The position numbers and the translations under genes were made by a program. DNA of 63,998 nt, filler included, from Perkinsus olseni (lineage: Eukaryota): assembly GCA_013115125.1 (NCBI GenBank). It is 3 parts of 3 records of this genome, joined end to end, with 100 filler letters (N's around TTAATTAATTAA, not from the genome) between each part and the next. Parts side by side here need not be neighbours in the genome. Positions count along the whole stretch, not along the records: positions 1 to 23,109 come from JABANN010000525.1; 2 more parts are not named here. One strand, given 5' to 3'. The notes under the pieces are model-generated. The model made no database searches. It had not been told where the DNA came from and saw only the letters and a program-made list of their open reading frames with translations. Shown piece after piece: positions 1 to 13,300 of the stretch; the first letter of the stretch is position 1, and each line of letters begins with the position of its first letter.

Positions 1-1141
1 GCTCAGAAGCTTTAGTCCAGCCAATAGGCGAGGAAGTAGGAGGTGGAGATGCAAGAGGGGATGAGGCTGCTGTTGACGGTGACTGTCTTGAGAGAAGCAT
101 CTTGGCTCGCAAGCCCAACACAAGTTCACATTCTGACCCAAGATGGACCTCAGCTAGAGGAGGCAGGGACCCTAACTGTTCTAGGCCTGGGGCATTCACA
201 GCTTGAAGGACCTGTAGGACGTTGGATAGGCTTAGTTGAATAATACTAGCGGAATTACTTGAAAGAGGCCTTGGATAGCACTCCGGACCTTATTCAACTC
301 AGTGACAGCTCTCAAGACCCCATCAGTGAGGAGTCTATGATGATTTGTATACGGCGCTGAACCAACAGGCCTCTTCTGGTACTCAGCGGGTATCTGATGA
401 CGCATCTCTGTAGCATACTCACACGATGCTACTAAAGTCCAGTTACCTGCTTGTCATGCTGTTTGAGTAGCTTCCTCATACCAGCTACGTTTATGTCGAT
501 ATAGGCTAGAAGTTTATTGGCTCCTTCCGTGACAGTTTCTAATTCACGTGCTAAGTCCATCCCCAGGGCCAATGACCCCGACAGAATCATAGTCAATTGA
601 GAGTAGGCAGCGCACTGTACCAAATACCCGCTAAGTAAGCCGCCAAGTTGAGACATGACAACACATACCTGAGAGATCATCCACGTCAGCAGCAGGTTTT
701 CGAAATCCTCTGCACTAAAACTACCTGAGTTAATGTAGAAAGCAGCGCCCCATTGGGTGGTTGATTTTCCTGGTCGAGTAAGCCGGCCTGTTGAGCTCTA
801 ACCACTAGAGCCGCAACACTACGGGCTAGACTCTCCTGCTTGGTACCAATATATGTGAGCATAGCATCTATATCCGCATCCAGGGTAGCAAAGAAATGAC
901 CATCCATGATACGGATGGTCTGACATGGTTGAAATTCATCAAAGGGAGACCTCTTGGTACTGACGAGACTGACCTCCTTGCTTGAAGCAGCCTCTTGAGT
1001 TAACTTATCATCCATATCATCCAGGGCACGTATCTCACGCACTTGCCGGCTGAGAATCTCCTTCAAATGCTTATGTGAGATAAACGGCGCATCTTCTGTA
1101 TCATCTTGGAGAGCTAGGGCGAGTTTACGACCAAACCTCAT
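1..1141 (-). CDS. SPX-domain protein, multi-exon, 3' end runs off the window
   Basis: Start MRFGRKL (ATG at 1141) resembles the SPX N-terminal MKFGK motif. A later exon, YIDINVAGMRKLLKQHDK, resembles the SPX motif Y..LN..GFRKILKKHDK. GT-AG introns are visible. Confidence 0.8.
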
Positions 1142-1327
1142 AGGGACATCAGGGTCCAACTGGTGGAGAGTCGCACCCCAGTAAGACGGCCTAGCCCAAA
1201 CCAAAGCTCCTTATCTTGACGAAACTTCATGGATTGATGGTGCTGGCAATGACAGTGAATTAGGTTCGGGAACAAGAAATAACCGCATAGCCATAATGGT
1301 GTGAGTGGCGTCCTTAATGAGGACTCC

Positions 1328-4300
1328 TTATGATCGAAGTTGCAACCACTCAGTGAGGCATCTACTAGCTCTCCGAGCCCTCAGGAAGTTCTCAACCTCA
1401 GGCTGCAGCCCCACCCATCGAGGGGTGGGTTTACCCGCGAATAGCGTGTCGATCAGGGCAACGAAGTCCTCACGTTTGCGAGCATCCGGTAGATGAAGCA
1501 GAGCCTGAGAAGCAGCAAGGGTTCGAAATGATCTGTCGGCGGACTTATATGTAATGTATGGCCAGTAACTTACCCCATCTTTATCTACAGGCTCGGAGTT
1601 AGGGTTGAGAAGGAAATTCTTATGGAAAGCCTCCGGTGAGAAAAGATATTCCACGATAGAGGTCAGCGCCTTACGATCTGCATGATTATCCAATCGACCT
1701 CCGTACCTTAGATCCGAGAGACGAGTAACACTAACTTCATGGCCTGCGTATTACACAACATCGATGAGGGTCGTTCTTATAGCGTCCCAAGGTATCTTAG
1801 CTGGATCGATGTTAATAAGCTCTCGTCTAGTGGTACTATCTGTTGATGATGAAGATGCCTCCACTGCCTCATCCAACCACCTACCAACAGCATAGGTGTT
1901 GCGACTACGATGATTTGTTAATATCATTACTTATCAGTCAATTCTACCGCACAAGAGAGATCAGCTTCTGAGAAATCAAACTCCTTGGTCCAACCCACAG
2001 GGGCGTACCTGTAGTCGGTCTACTGCAGATAGATGGGTCGTACAGAAAACTGCAAAGAATGCAGTTTAGTCGAGCCTGCTTACCGGACTCTCTCCAATAC
2101 AATGGCATGCAGCCATGCCAGAAGAAAGTGTAGACGATTCCGCTCCACTGGCCCCCTCTTGACTCGTTCTGGTACCAGAACCTGCGGATATTGGAGATAC
2201 ATACCAGCGAATCCGCTACCATTAATATACCTCAGCATAGCTCCTCATAAGCGACGACCTAACACCAGTAGGTGCTTCTAACATCAATATTCGACCAGAC
2301 TTCATCAGAGTCTCCGGCAGGGCTTGCCCAGTACATGCTCCAACATCGATTGTGATGAAGAGTTTGAATTGATTGTGAGTTTGTGTGGGAATTTTCCTAT
2401 CCATCGTGCGGAAGTAGGCCAAGCAAAGATGCATATTGGTGAGTAAAGCCCAGCGGCCCTGAAGAAGGATGACAGCGAAGAGCTCACATGCTTAGGCATC
2501 GATGCTGCAGACATAGCACCTGTTGCTTCGAGGCCACTGCTACTGCTCTGTCCGCCAAGGAGTATCCTTCTGGAGATCCCATGGCCACTGTCTCCAACTG
2601 AATACCTAGTCTCTCAGCAAGATCCACGATACGCAGGGATGGATCGAATCCGGAAGTACAGGCCAGTATATAAAGGGTGGTGTTGGGCTGAGGGGAGAGT
2701 CCGAGTATGGAACAGAGAGGAGAAGGAGGAAGCCTACCATTAATGACTCGGACATGATGGAGTCTTGTAAAGATGGGGTGTTGAATGATGATGTGAGAGG
2801 CGGATCCAAAGCTAGCGTTACATCTGCATAGCGTTCCAAATAACCCTCCACCAGGTCAGGCCGCATCCATCTCGATATAATGACATTCTCCAAGCTGGCT
2901 AATACCCGGTCCTTAGACTGTTGCCACCCGTCCTGCGGTATGCTATTCGTAGTGTCAGCAGCAGTAGAAGATAGGAACGCCGTCCATCCCTGTGGATCAT
3001 TCTCAATGCTCGATTCGAGGGAAGCAGCAAACGACGAGGCACCAGCGAATGCCGCAGCGGACAGAAGCCGAGCGATGACATTCTTCTGGTCGTGGTCGGA
3101 ATTAATAGACTTTGTACATTCCGGTGGAGATAAGGGCTTTTCATCGTTCTCTTCCATGGACATAGAGAGCAGCTGCATATATCCAGATGGCGGGGGAGTT
3201 GACGAGGACATACTACTGCCTATCTCAGCAACGCGTAGTAAAAATATGAGACGGTCAGCAGCTAGTAGCCCAGACCCAACATAGTCGTATACCAACCTCA
3301 CCAAGCGCTGCCAGATAACCCGCAGGCGGGAGGTGGGAGCACCGGTAATGGACTGCGAGGATGATTGTTGTTGTTCCTGTAGCACTACCACGTTGTACAA
3401 CTCCAAGTAGCGAACCAGACCAAACTGATAGAGATTGCTCAATGCACTGAGGCTCTGGACGACGAAGAAGAGATTAGCAGCCGATGTTGACAGAGGGATA
3501 TATGCTGATGAGACAGCATCAATCTCGCGCAAGTTGACGTCGGCTTTACTGGCCTCTTCTGCTACCTAATAACGATCAAGGCAGCAATAGAATGGCGATG
3601 GTATAAATGCCGTAATTACCTCAGCTGCTTCACATTTGAGTGTCTCAAGTGTGGATACGATAGCCTCGTCTTCTAGTATACTGCCAGTCACGTTAGATAG
3701 TGCGTGAAGAAGGCCATCCTCCAGCTCACGTATCCGTACCTCGAGTGTCACTACTGACCTAGGATAGTCACAAGAACGTAAAAGGACTACTCTGAACTCC
3801 CCTTGCAGTTTGAGCGCCTTCACGCGCTTCTCTTCAACATCCGGCCTCTCACTCTTGAGCAGAGCATGCAGACATTGTGCTTGGAGTGACTCCTTGGTGA
3901 CGTTGAAGTTGACCATAGTAACTCTAGATGCCACGTCAGGAGTGAAGGTGAGCGCAGCATCCCTAGTAGTCATAAACCTGGAAATAATAAAGGGGGTATC
4001 GGGCCGATACTATCGGCTAAGGGCTAGTAGGGCTAAGAAAAGAAGCAGTACATCGAGAAGTTAGGAGAGTAGTCGACGTCCAGGTCGCCAACCGTTATGA
4101 GAGTACGACCTCCCTTCTTGTATATCTCTCGATTGAGGACCTGCTCAAAAGAAGCACACGAGATGTAGCACTATCGTCAGACAACTCCTCCGTCCATCCC
4201 TCTACCGTGTTGATGATTGGGTCCACCTTCTGCACATCGGTGACAAGTAAGGCAGTGCCAAAGCGTAGAGCAGCTTCCAGATGCTTGGTGAAGGCTGGGT

Positions 4301-7300
4301 CACTGAACGAGGTGACTTTCAGTTTACCCTGGGACCTTGAGGAAGAGAGTGTATGCTGATTGTGTAGGAATGTAACGGCTTGTCCAGATGGGTCCACTAT
4401 CATTGGATAGCGTATATACCTGGGAAACGGTGATCGTCACCACAGCCAGAATGGTCGTAGTGATGATGAGCATGATGGTGCCTACTTATCAATGATAATA
4501 GCATTCTGTATCGATAGATCATCATTTGGCAACTGGTTTGCAATCCAAGCTAATCGTTGGCCGGGTTTGGATAGATACTCAATGAGGGACAGGCTGCTGT
4601 TTATCTGACATTCGTCAGGCGGGATACCCTGACAGTTTTCCTGACAACCTCCACACCTTTGGCCCATTGTCGGTCGAGTCAAATATACGATACCACTCCT
4701 TATGCAGCTGTTCACGATAGGCATGTTCGCAAAAGCCACTGTATGTGCAGAAAGCGGCGCCCAACACTGTATCCCCGATGATTGTACCTGGGAATAGTTA
4801 TAGCAATGGTGATCGGATCCCTGAGAGGCAATGCCACTCCACCCGATTGAGTTCTGTAAGTCTCCTTCTGCATTTCCCAACGATCCTTCTCGGATGCTAG
4901 AGATGCCAAGAGATCAGAAGATCTACAACAATTGCCGGGGCTCCGCGGAGCTGCTTTCGAGCTGCTGTTGCCATAGCAGCTGCATCACCTCTTGCACATA
5001 GCAGATACCTCCTCCATCTCAACACGTATACTCTGCCCTTCACTTATAAGTTGGGCATACTCATCCTTGTACTGTTCTATCTCCCTCTCCAGCTTCTCCA
5101 AGAGCTCACTATTAGCTCGTAGCTTCTCGCTGCTCACCTACACGCGAACACTACATCATCCACATCAGCACATATTACGACACACCTTCTGTTGCGCCTC
5201 AAGCTCTGCCACCTCGGCCCTCAGAGGACCGATACTCTGCAACATCTTACCGTAGCTGATCTGACTCTTCACCCATTGAGCCAGGGGACCAGCAGCCCTC
5301 GACGCGCGCTCGATGCGTTCCATGTCCCAGGCCGAGGATTTCAAATATCTGTTAGAGAATTAGCAGCACCTCCTCCCAGCATAGACTGATAGAGTAGTAG
5401 TACCCCTCCACGCGCTCCCTCGCGGCAACGCTCAATGCATCAGTATTGAACTGTAGTACTGTGACCATAAGCTGTGGGTCTTTCAGCTCCTTCCGAATGT
5501 GATCCCAAGTTAGTTCCACTCCTGGACCATAGTTCCTAATAGACGAGGAATGGATCAATCCAGTCCAGAGAAGAATGACGTGTCACCTTATTAAGCATAC
5601 TACGGCCTCGAGCGTGATCTTAACAGGCGCGGGAGGATTCGGCAGAGACCTCATTTCGTCGACTTGCTTCCGCTGTATTGCCTGCACCAACTGCCTCGCA
5701 TGATTGAGTGCTGGCTCGACCTCAGCCAGTTCTCTTGCCACCTCTTCTTGACGAGAGGCGGCCTACAGCGTGACAGGCTGCCATCGGACGTTCAATTTGA
5801 TAGCATCATTGCCGCCTACAAGCTGATGGTCCTCACTCAGCTTCTCCCTCAGCGACTGACTCTCCCTCTTCCTCTGCTCTGCCTCGCTTTGCCCCTTGAC
5901 CATTTGAGCCATCTTAGCTTCAGCAAGCTTATTCTTCTCGGCTAATAGTTCCGTTTTGCTCGACAACTGGGTCTAAAATCGAGCGAAGTCCTTATAGCGT
6001 CAGTGGCACTACCATTCCAGCGTACTTTCATCTCTGCCACCTGCTGCCCTGTCTGATGTAATTTCTCAAGACCGAGGTTCAAATGCCGCTGCTGCTCTGC
6101 CCACTCAGCCCGTTTGGTGCTGTAGAGCGCCTCGAAGTGCCTCAAAAAGTCCATGTAGTCCCTCGGTGTGACGTAGGCGAATCGCTTGTTGAGGGCCCGA
6201 AGCGAATCATGGAGTTTAACCACACTCTCATGAATGCATACCATACTGGTGGCTACCGATATGGCCTGTAAAGCGGAGTGACGTCGAGGTCGTTGATGGT
6301 ATAGCCAGCTGGTGGCGACTACTCTTTCTTCTATGTCCATAGTCGCTCTAGGCTTATGCTTCCCAGCATCATCAGACACGAAACAGTTATCGGGGAGGTC
6401 CAAGCGGGTAAGAGAATCGTGAGCGATCTGAAGAATGCCCAGCGTCCAAATTGCAGGTATGAGCCGCCTCACCTGTAGCAGGGCGTCAGTAGGCCAATCC
6501 CCGACCCAGTTGACCACGCATCGGTTGAAGAGGGCTGGGGATGTCGCTTTACGATTATGAAAGTCGGGGTTAGCTGGATTCATAGTGAAGACTATGTGTA
6601 GATTCCGCTGAACCTGAGGAGGAGAGGAATATTACTATTCAACTCCCGAAGCGGCGGCAGCTGCAGGGCAGCAGACTGCACAGAGTCGAGCCCCCTAAGA
6701 CCTGTTTGGTAAAGTTGGCGAAGAGCTCGTTAGCGTCAGCTGTATTGGCGGCCTCGCTGATGGTACGACAATCTTGAATCAAAATCTGGTACTCATCCCC
6801 TTCGAACAAGCCTGGAACCTAAGGGGTCCCACGTGTAGGTGGGTAATGAAGCCGTGATTGCTGCTTACCTCTCCACCTGCTAGCAAGGCGTTCATCCTCT
6901 CAAGGAATGCTGGGCCGAGCACGTTAGACTCATCAAAGACGAAGCAAATTTTCTCTTCCTTCACTCCAGCACGCTTCATGACATGGCGCAAGTCGGCCTC
7001 GAAGGAGTGGAGATCATATGACTTCCCGACCTGGAAATGGCCCATCTCTCCGAGGACATAGGCTGCTAGAGTAACTTCTACTTTCAGCTGATAGACAGAT
7101 AGACCATTCATCCAGCTGACGAACTTGGACAGCACTGTTTTACCGACCCCACTAGCCCCGACGAGAAGCATGTGACCTACTAGAAACAGTCCCAGAGGCT
7201 TCATAACCCGGTTCCTAGCGAACTGGGGTTCTCACCTAGAGGTTGTCTCAAGACCCGATCGATCCGGGTCATGTGGTCTAGCATGGTATCGAAGACCGAT

Positions 7301-10300
7301 AGCTTGACAGATAGAGACTCTTCGTAGAACTCCTCCAACTTAGCTCCGACGAAGACTCTCAAACGCTCGATGCCGATCTGAGCAGAAGTGACCAATGCGA
7401 GCAGGTGACTGAGAGAAACCAACACGTGTGGGAACCGCGGCAGAAGCAGTAGCAGTGGGAATGCTGTCTTACCTCAGTATAGTATTTACTGCCGTAATGG
7501 GAGAACATGAGTGGCCTTCTAAGCTCTCTGTCAGTTGCTCCAAAACACTCTTTAGCAGCATCATCAATGATGCCATCAGCGCTCCCACGCTCCTCACTTG
7601 TTGTTAATCGGTCACGGAAGACCCGCATGGCCTCATGAACGAAGAGTCGTATAAGTTCCACGCGGGACATGCAGTCGTACTCTCCCATAGCCTCATACAA
7701 GGCGATCTTCCATCGAGTAAGCTCTCGTGGTGAGTAGAAGTAGTGTGGCTGGCCAGACCCCACCACAGTGAATGTCTGTCCTATCTTGGTGTATACAGAT
7801 ACCATTGCCCTGGTAAGCATGTCAGCATACTCTTGGAGCTGTGGTTGTAGCCTGAGCATGGCCCTAGCGAAGGTACCGTAAATTTGCAGCAGGGACTGGG
7901 TCGAAGGATAGTCCATGAAGAGGACGGGCACATGGCGTAGGAATCTATCGCTCATAGCATGGCGTCCAGCATCACTAGAAGGGTTGCATGCACCAACAAA
8001 CAGGATACGTTCCACTTCGACCCACGATCTATCACTCGGACGGTAGAAGCCTTGGGCCTCGATGATCTGCCTTATAAACATAATAACCCGCTGGGTGCCG
8101 TAGTCATCGGGTACGGGCAAGTTGATCTCATCACAGAACACCACCAGCCACTTGTCGGATGTACCGGCAGTCCCTCCCGAAGGCCGCAGCCTCCATCCAG
8201 TAGATGTTTGACAACACTCACAGTACATCATCAACGTTCGCATGAGGAGCTCCTGAGTGGACTCGCTAGAGAAGTTCAAGGAGACTACGTCGAGTGTATC
8301 ACCCAAAGCTCGTAGCGCTGAGAGTAGAGTCATGGACTTGCCCGAGCCAGGTGGACCACAGAGGATGAAGTGCCTCCTTGATGCGATCCAAGCGTTGATG
8401 CACTGACTATGCCTTTCAGTGTCGATCGTAGGTATAACAAGGTCAGCGTCCAGAACTTGGGAGGCATCGAGATCAACACTTCGGACCTTGTTAGTCCATG
8501 GCGCCCACTCACCATCCATTACTCGGACTTCGTAGTCCAGCAAGCACGACGATGAAGTCGAGTTTACGGGTACAGGCACGCCACAGGCCTCTGCCTCTGA
8601 TGCGACAAATCGTGCGAACTGTTCTCTATCAGAGAGAGGCAGGGAAGAGCCGAATCCCCAGCATACCGAGAGTATCAGCGCCTTATCAAGGTACTTCTCC
8701 CTTATTGATGCATTACGACAGGAGGTGATAGCCTGATCCACGTAATGACTGAGCAGGCTGAACATCGCGTTGATGCCTCTTGTAGAAGTAAAGGGCATTA
8801 TATGAGTAGTAGCAGGCAGTTCCTTGACGTAGCTTAGAGATCGGCATACCAGGCCACCAGGGTGGAAAAAGCGGAGAAGAGTATCAACACATCCCTCACG
8901 CGAGTCTCCTTGGGAGTCTCCTAGTCTTCCACCCGCTGGCAAGAACGGCAGCATTCGCGCACTGCTGAGACCCTTGAGCTCCCTCAAACAGATCATCTCA
9001 TCGGTGACAGTCTCCGGACTGAACCAAATCATACCGCACCTAGACACCGTAGCCATTGTAGCATACTTCAGAGAATCGACCTAAGCAGCAGCAGTAGTTG
9101 TACTATTGCGCGAGGCTGCAGTGTCACCTCGAATAATATCCGAACACTGGGAGGGAGCAGCAGGCGCTCACCACTCGGTAAGGTGAGCATCTTGTTATCA
9201 TCCAGTACCGAGTTAAGATTCTCGGCCCAGTTAGGGTCGACATCACCATCGAAAACAATCCAATAGTGTCGTAGTAGCGTTATAGCGGAATTAGGGTGCT
9301 CTTGTTGCATCTTCCCCTCCTGCACATGTTCCCTGTTGGAGTTATCGTGGGAGGGAGGTGGCATGGCAGCGCTATTTTGGACAATGATCTTTCGGAGTAT
9401 GTCAGTGAACACACCATCAGTCCATTCTCGTGTAGTAGGATCCAATCGACCATAGAGATCATCCTTCATCATCGCCTTAGGCTCTAATACATACAGTTTC
9501 GTCACTATTCGCTCATGCCGCTGTAGCGCCTCTGATAGCACGGCAGTCACCGCTGACCTGAGGCATCGAGAGAGTCATTACTGAAAATTGAGAGCGAGGG
9601 TATATCCTACTTGCCGCTGCCCACAGGCCCAAATAGAATGATACCATGATTGAGCTTCTGCAACTGGTATAGCTGCAGGCACTTGTCAATAAAGGGATCG
9701 GCAGGATCCAACCCCCTTTCCTGGCACACGTCTACGATGTGTAATCTCAGACTGGCCTCATCGAAGGCCACGGCCTGAACCGAAGAACAGTGGGATCGAT
9801 GAGAACGATCACTCGAGCAGCGCTGCACCGCTTACCTGAGTCTCCGGGAATACCTCCCCCACTAGCTTGGACATCTTCGTAACATCTTCCCCCACTAGCT
9901 TTGGCACTACAGCGTTGGCAACGGCTTTCAGTATCATCGTGTCCTCGGTCACTTCTACTCTATCCACGAGCTGCTCTTCCTTCTCCGGAAGCCCTGCATT
10001 GTTTGCTTGCTGTAGCGTAGACGAATAGCGCATCAAGCTGCCGGCACTAGCCAAGACGCTCTTGAGAGCCCTCAAGCCAAAGTCATAGTGAGGTTGCTTT
10101 GACAGTTCAGCTAAGCATCTATCGAAGAGAGCGACCACCCTTGATGATAGGACCTCGGCCTGCTTGAAACCCTGTGAGAAGAGCAGCACTTGAGCTATGA
10201 GGATCTTGTCTGGGACTATCATAGCCACCTGCCTGAACAGCTGCTTGAGGTTATCGGGGAACTTAGACCTGCCTGCGTACCCTGGATTAGTAGTAACAAA

Positions 10301-13300
10301 GATGCCCACATTAGGAGACAGTGATACCGGTCTGTCGAGGATGGCAATCTCGTCTCTTCGATGCCTCAGCCCCGATTGGATGGTGAAGATCTGTTGACTA
10401 ACTGCCGATAATATGCGTTCCTCCAGACGGTTAAACTCGTCGAAACAGCCCCACGCTCCAACTTGACATAAACCAACAAAGATGCGTCCCATAGCAGCGA
10501 AGTCGAAGCTCTCATCACAACAGAAGACCATCACCAAACGTCCTAGTTGGGCACCAAGGGACTTCACAGTTTCAGTTTTACCAGTACCAGCAGGACCAAA
10601 CGGATTACCACCAAGTCTCATGTCCAGAGTCTGTGTTAGTGCCATATAACAGCGATCGGTTAAAGGAGTCTGGACTAACTTATCACATACTCCTAGATAC
10701 TCAAAGCCATACTCAAAGACTGCGTTACAGATCTCGACATCAAGCCTCATCTCGTTGGGATACCATCGATGCTTGAGTATTCGGAGCCATTCAAAGTGTT
10801 GAGAGCTAGTGATGCCCTCATTGTCGAGGTGACGGCTCATTTCTCTCTGGTGGATGACCTCGCTGATCAACTGCTCATATTTCCGCCGCAAGAGGGGATC
10901 TCCTTGTACAGCCCCGCCCGCTGCCGAGAGTGCCTCCAGTTCGGCCTTGCAGTCCTCGGCAACAGCTGCACTGCCACCATCTATACCAAGAGCTGCTGAT
11001 TGTGCGTTGCACCATCGAGCCTGAGACGCTAGAAGAGCCACTTGAGCCGGGAACCGTTCAGCCAAGTCTATAATCGTTAGGCTAGGTTCCATAGCCTTCG
11101 TAAGTAACTCTGGTAGACGTTTACGCATAGCAGTCTCGATAGAAGTCAGAATGTAGTGTATACCACGACGACGTCCCTGCCCCTCCGGCTGATCAGCAAC
11201 CCCAGTCCCATCAATTGATACGTCTATTGGTATCTTGTGGTTATCCCCGAGTTCTACAATCTCCGACTCCTTACTCCGGAAAGCCGTTATCCAAACAATG
11301 TTGGCATCATGCTCATCTGTGCATGTCTCCAAACCGGATATCCCGGCAAACATCTTATTTACGTGCTGTGTGATGATAGCCAAATCTTGCGAGTTGCCGA
11401 TCATCTCCAGGAGATCTTCATCACCAACGAAGTAGAACCTCGGGAACTGAGCCCTCTGCATCTCGAGATAGTCTCCCAATGCCTTCTGTATCCTAGTCAG
11501 CGTTCTACCTAATCTTTCGAGTGTCTTCATAGTGTTATTACTATACTCGGTAGTCATAATGTCCAGTATGCTGACCTTAGTATCAAACACCTTCTTCATA
11601 ATAGATACGTATTCTGCGTCTACTGAGCCGAAGCGCGAGGACTCGGTTGGTAGTAAAGTACGAATGTCCTCCGAGTGGCAGAAGATACCCTCAAGATAGA
11701 CGTAGCGTCGCTGCACATCAACCCAGATATCCAGTAATAGTCTCAACTTAGTCAGCCTGTCCCCCCAGGCTATAGTGTCAGCCTCGAATACTTTGTAATG
11801 TGGTGAGTGCTTCATAGCATCTAGTGACCCAATATGCTCATCAAGCTGAGCGAAGAGATCCTCCCATCCCTTCACCAAATGGCACTTACCCCCACCATAG
11901 GGTATCAGATCGAGATTGAGCGTAGTCCAATAGTCCTTCACCGAAGAGATGAATTCTTCCAGCGCGAGCTCACCTGCGGCCTCTGACATCAAGCCTCGCA
12001 GCTCCTTCTCTCGCTCCCTCATAGCGCTGCTTTCCCAGAGCTGCCCAAGTAGAAGTCCATTAACACCATTACTGAGGGTACCAAGCGATAAAATGAGGAG
12101 AATCTGCTTCCAATGACGGTCCTTCAAGGCCTCGGACTTCAAATCAGCTATCATTGGGTGAAGGCTGAGGGCAGCGTTGACACGAGTACGTAGGTCGTCA
12201 TAGGCATCGTATTGACGTAGAGCATCAGGTAGTTGTGCTAGTTCTTCCAGCAGCTGCTCGAGCGAATTCTTGACCTTTTTCGGTACGACAGCTGGCCAGG
12301 GAGTATCAGAGATGTCAGACAACTTGTGGTGCACTCCACCGAGGCCCTCCCACACAGCCCTCAAGTTGGATACATCTTCCCGTAAGGGATCAAGTCGACG
12401 CTGGTTGCTGCAGTCTAGATCCAATACCAGCTTTGCCTTGATGACCTGACGGAAGAGAGTAGGAAGGCGGGGGCAGTGAGTTCTACACACCTGCGATAAA
12501 TCAGCCTGGACTTTCTGTAAACGAGAGTCGAATACAGAAATGGTTTGCAGTGCTCTGAGAAGAGGAGGGTCTTTTGCTTAAGCTATTCTATAATGGTATC
12601 GATACTACCTTGTTGGTGACTCAGTGGAAGCCCCCACCGTCTGATGACTCCTCATAGTGCCCCACTCTTCATAAAGGCTGTCAATCTGTTCCATAACCTT
12701 CGTATCATGGAAGGCTATCATGTGCTCGACTTTATCCTTGCTTTCCTCCAAGAGCTTAACACGCCTATTGAGTACCTTGACGCAGTCTTTGAAGGCAGTG
12801 AGTGGTTATAGCACGATAAGAGGCTTTACTTGTTCTAAAGCGGTCCACTCTCCTTCCACTCTGTCCGTCCATACCCAGTCACGTGGGAATGCGTAACGTT
12901 GCCTTTCCAGTAGCCTCTCCCCTGCTCTCAGTGATACCACCCTCTGAGCCCATGCCTTCCCCGCATTCCCTTGAGCTTCCCTTACACAGGTCACAAATTC
13001 AGCTATCTGAGAGCAGCAGTAACCCCTAGAGCCCACGCTGAAGCGACCGACCTCTCGGCAGCTGGTGACGGCTAGGGTCTGCCGCTCGAGTGATCCTCTT
13101 GCCTTCTCCAACTGGGAGAGCATCGATCTAGTTTGATCGGCCATTTGCATCGCGAAGGCTTGCAAGACTTCTCTCTGCCATTGGTCGTACTTGTGTAGGA
13201 CTTGCTCCTGTATCGGGCTGAAGTCTATCGCCACTGGCCCAAAGGCTTCAGTGTCTCTGGTAGCATCCACGGCTGTCCTCGCAATCCTAATCTCACTCAG

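Noticed and set aside
9046-9057. ACCGTAGCCATT resembling the dinoflagellate/Perkinsus spliced leader
   Set aside because: Only 12 nt match, it is antisense to dynein coding sequence (TMATV), and it lacks the GGCTCAAG end.
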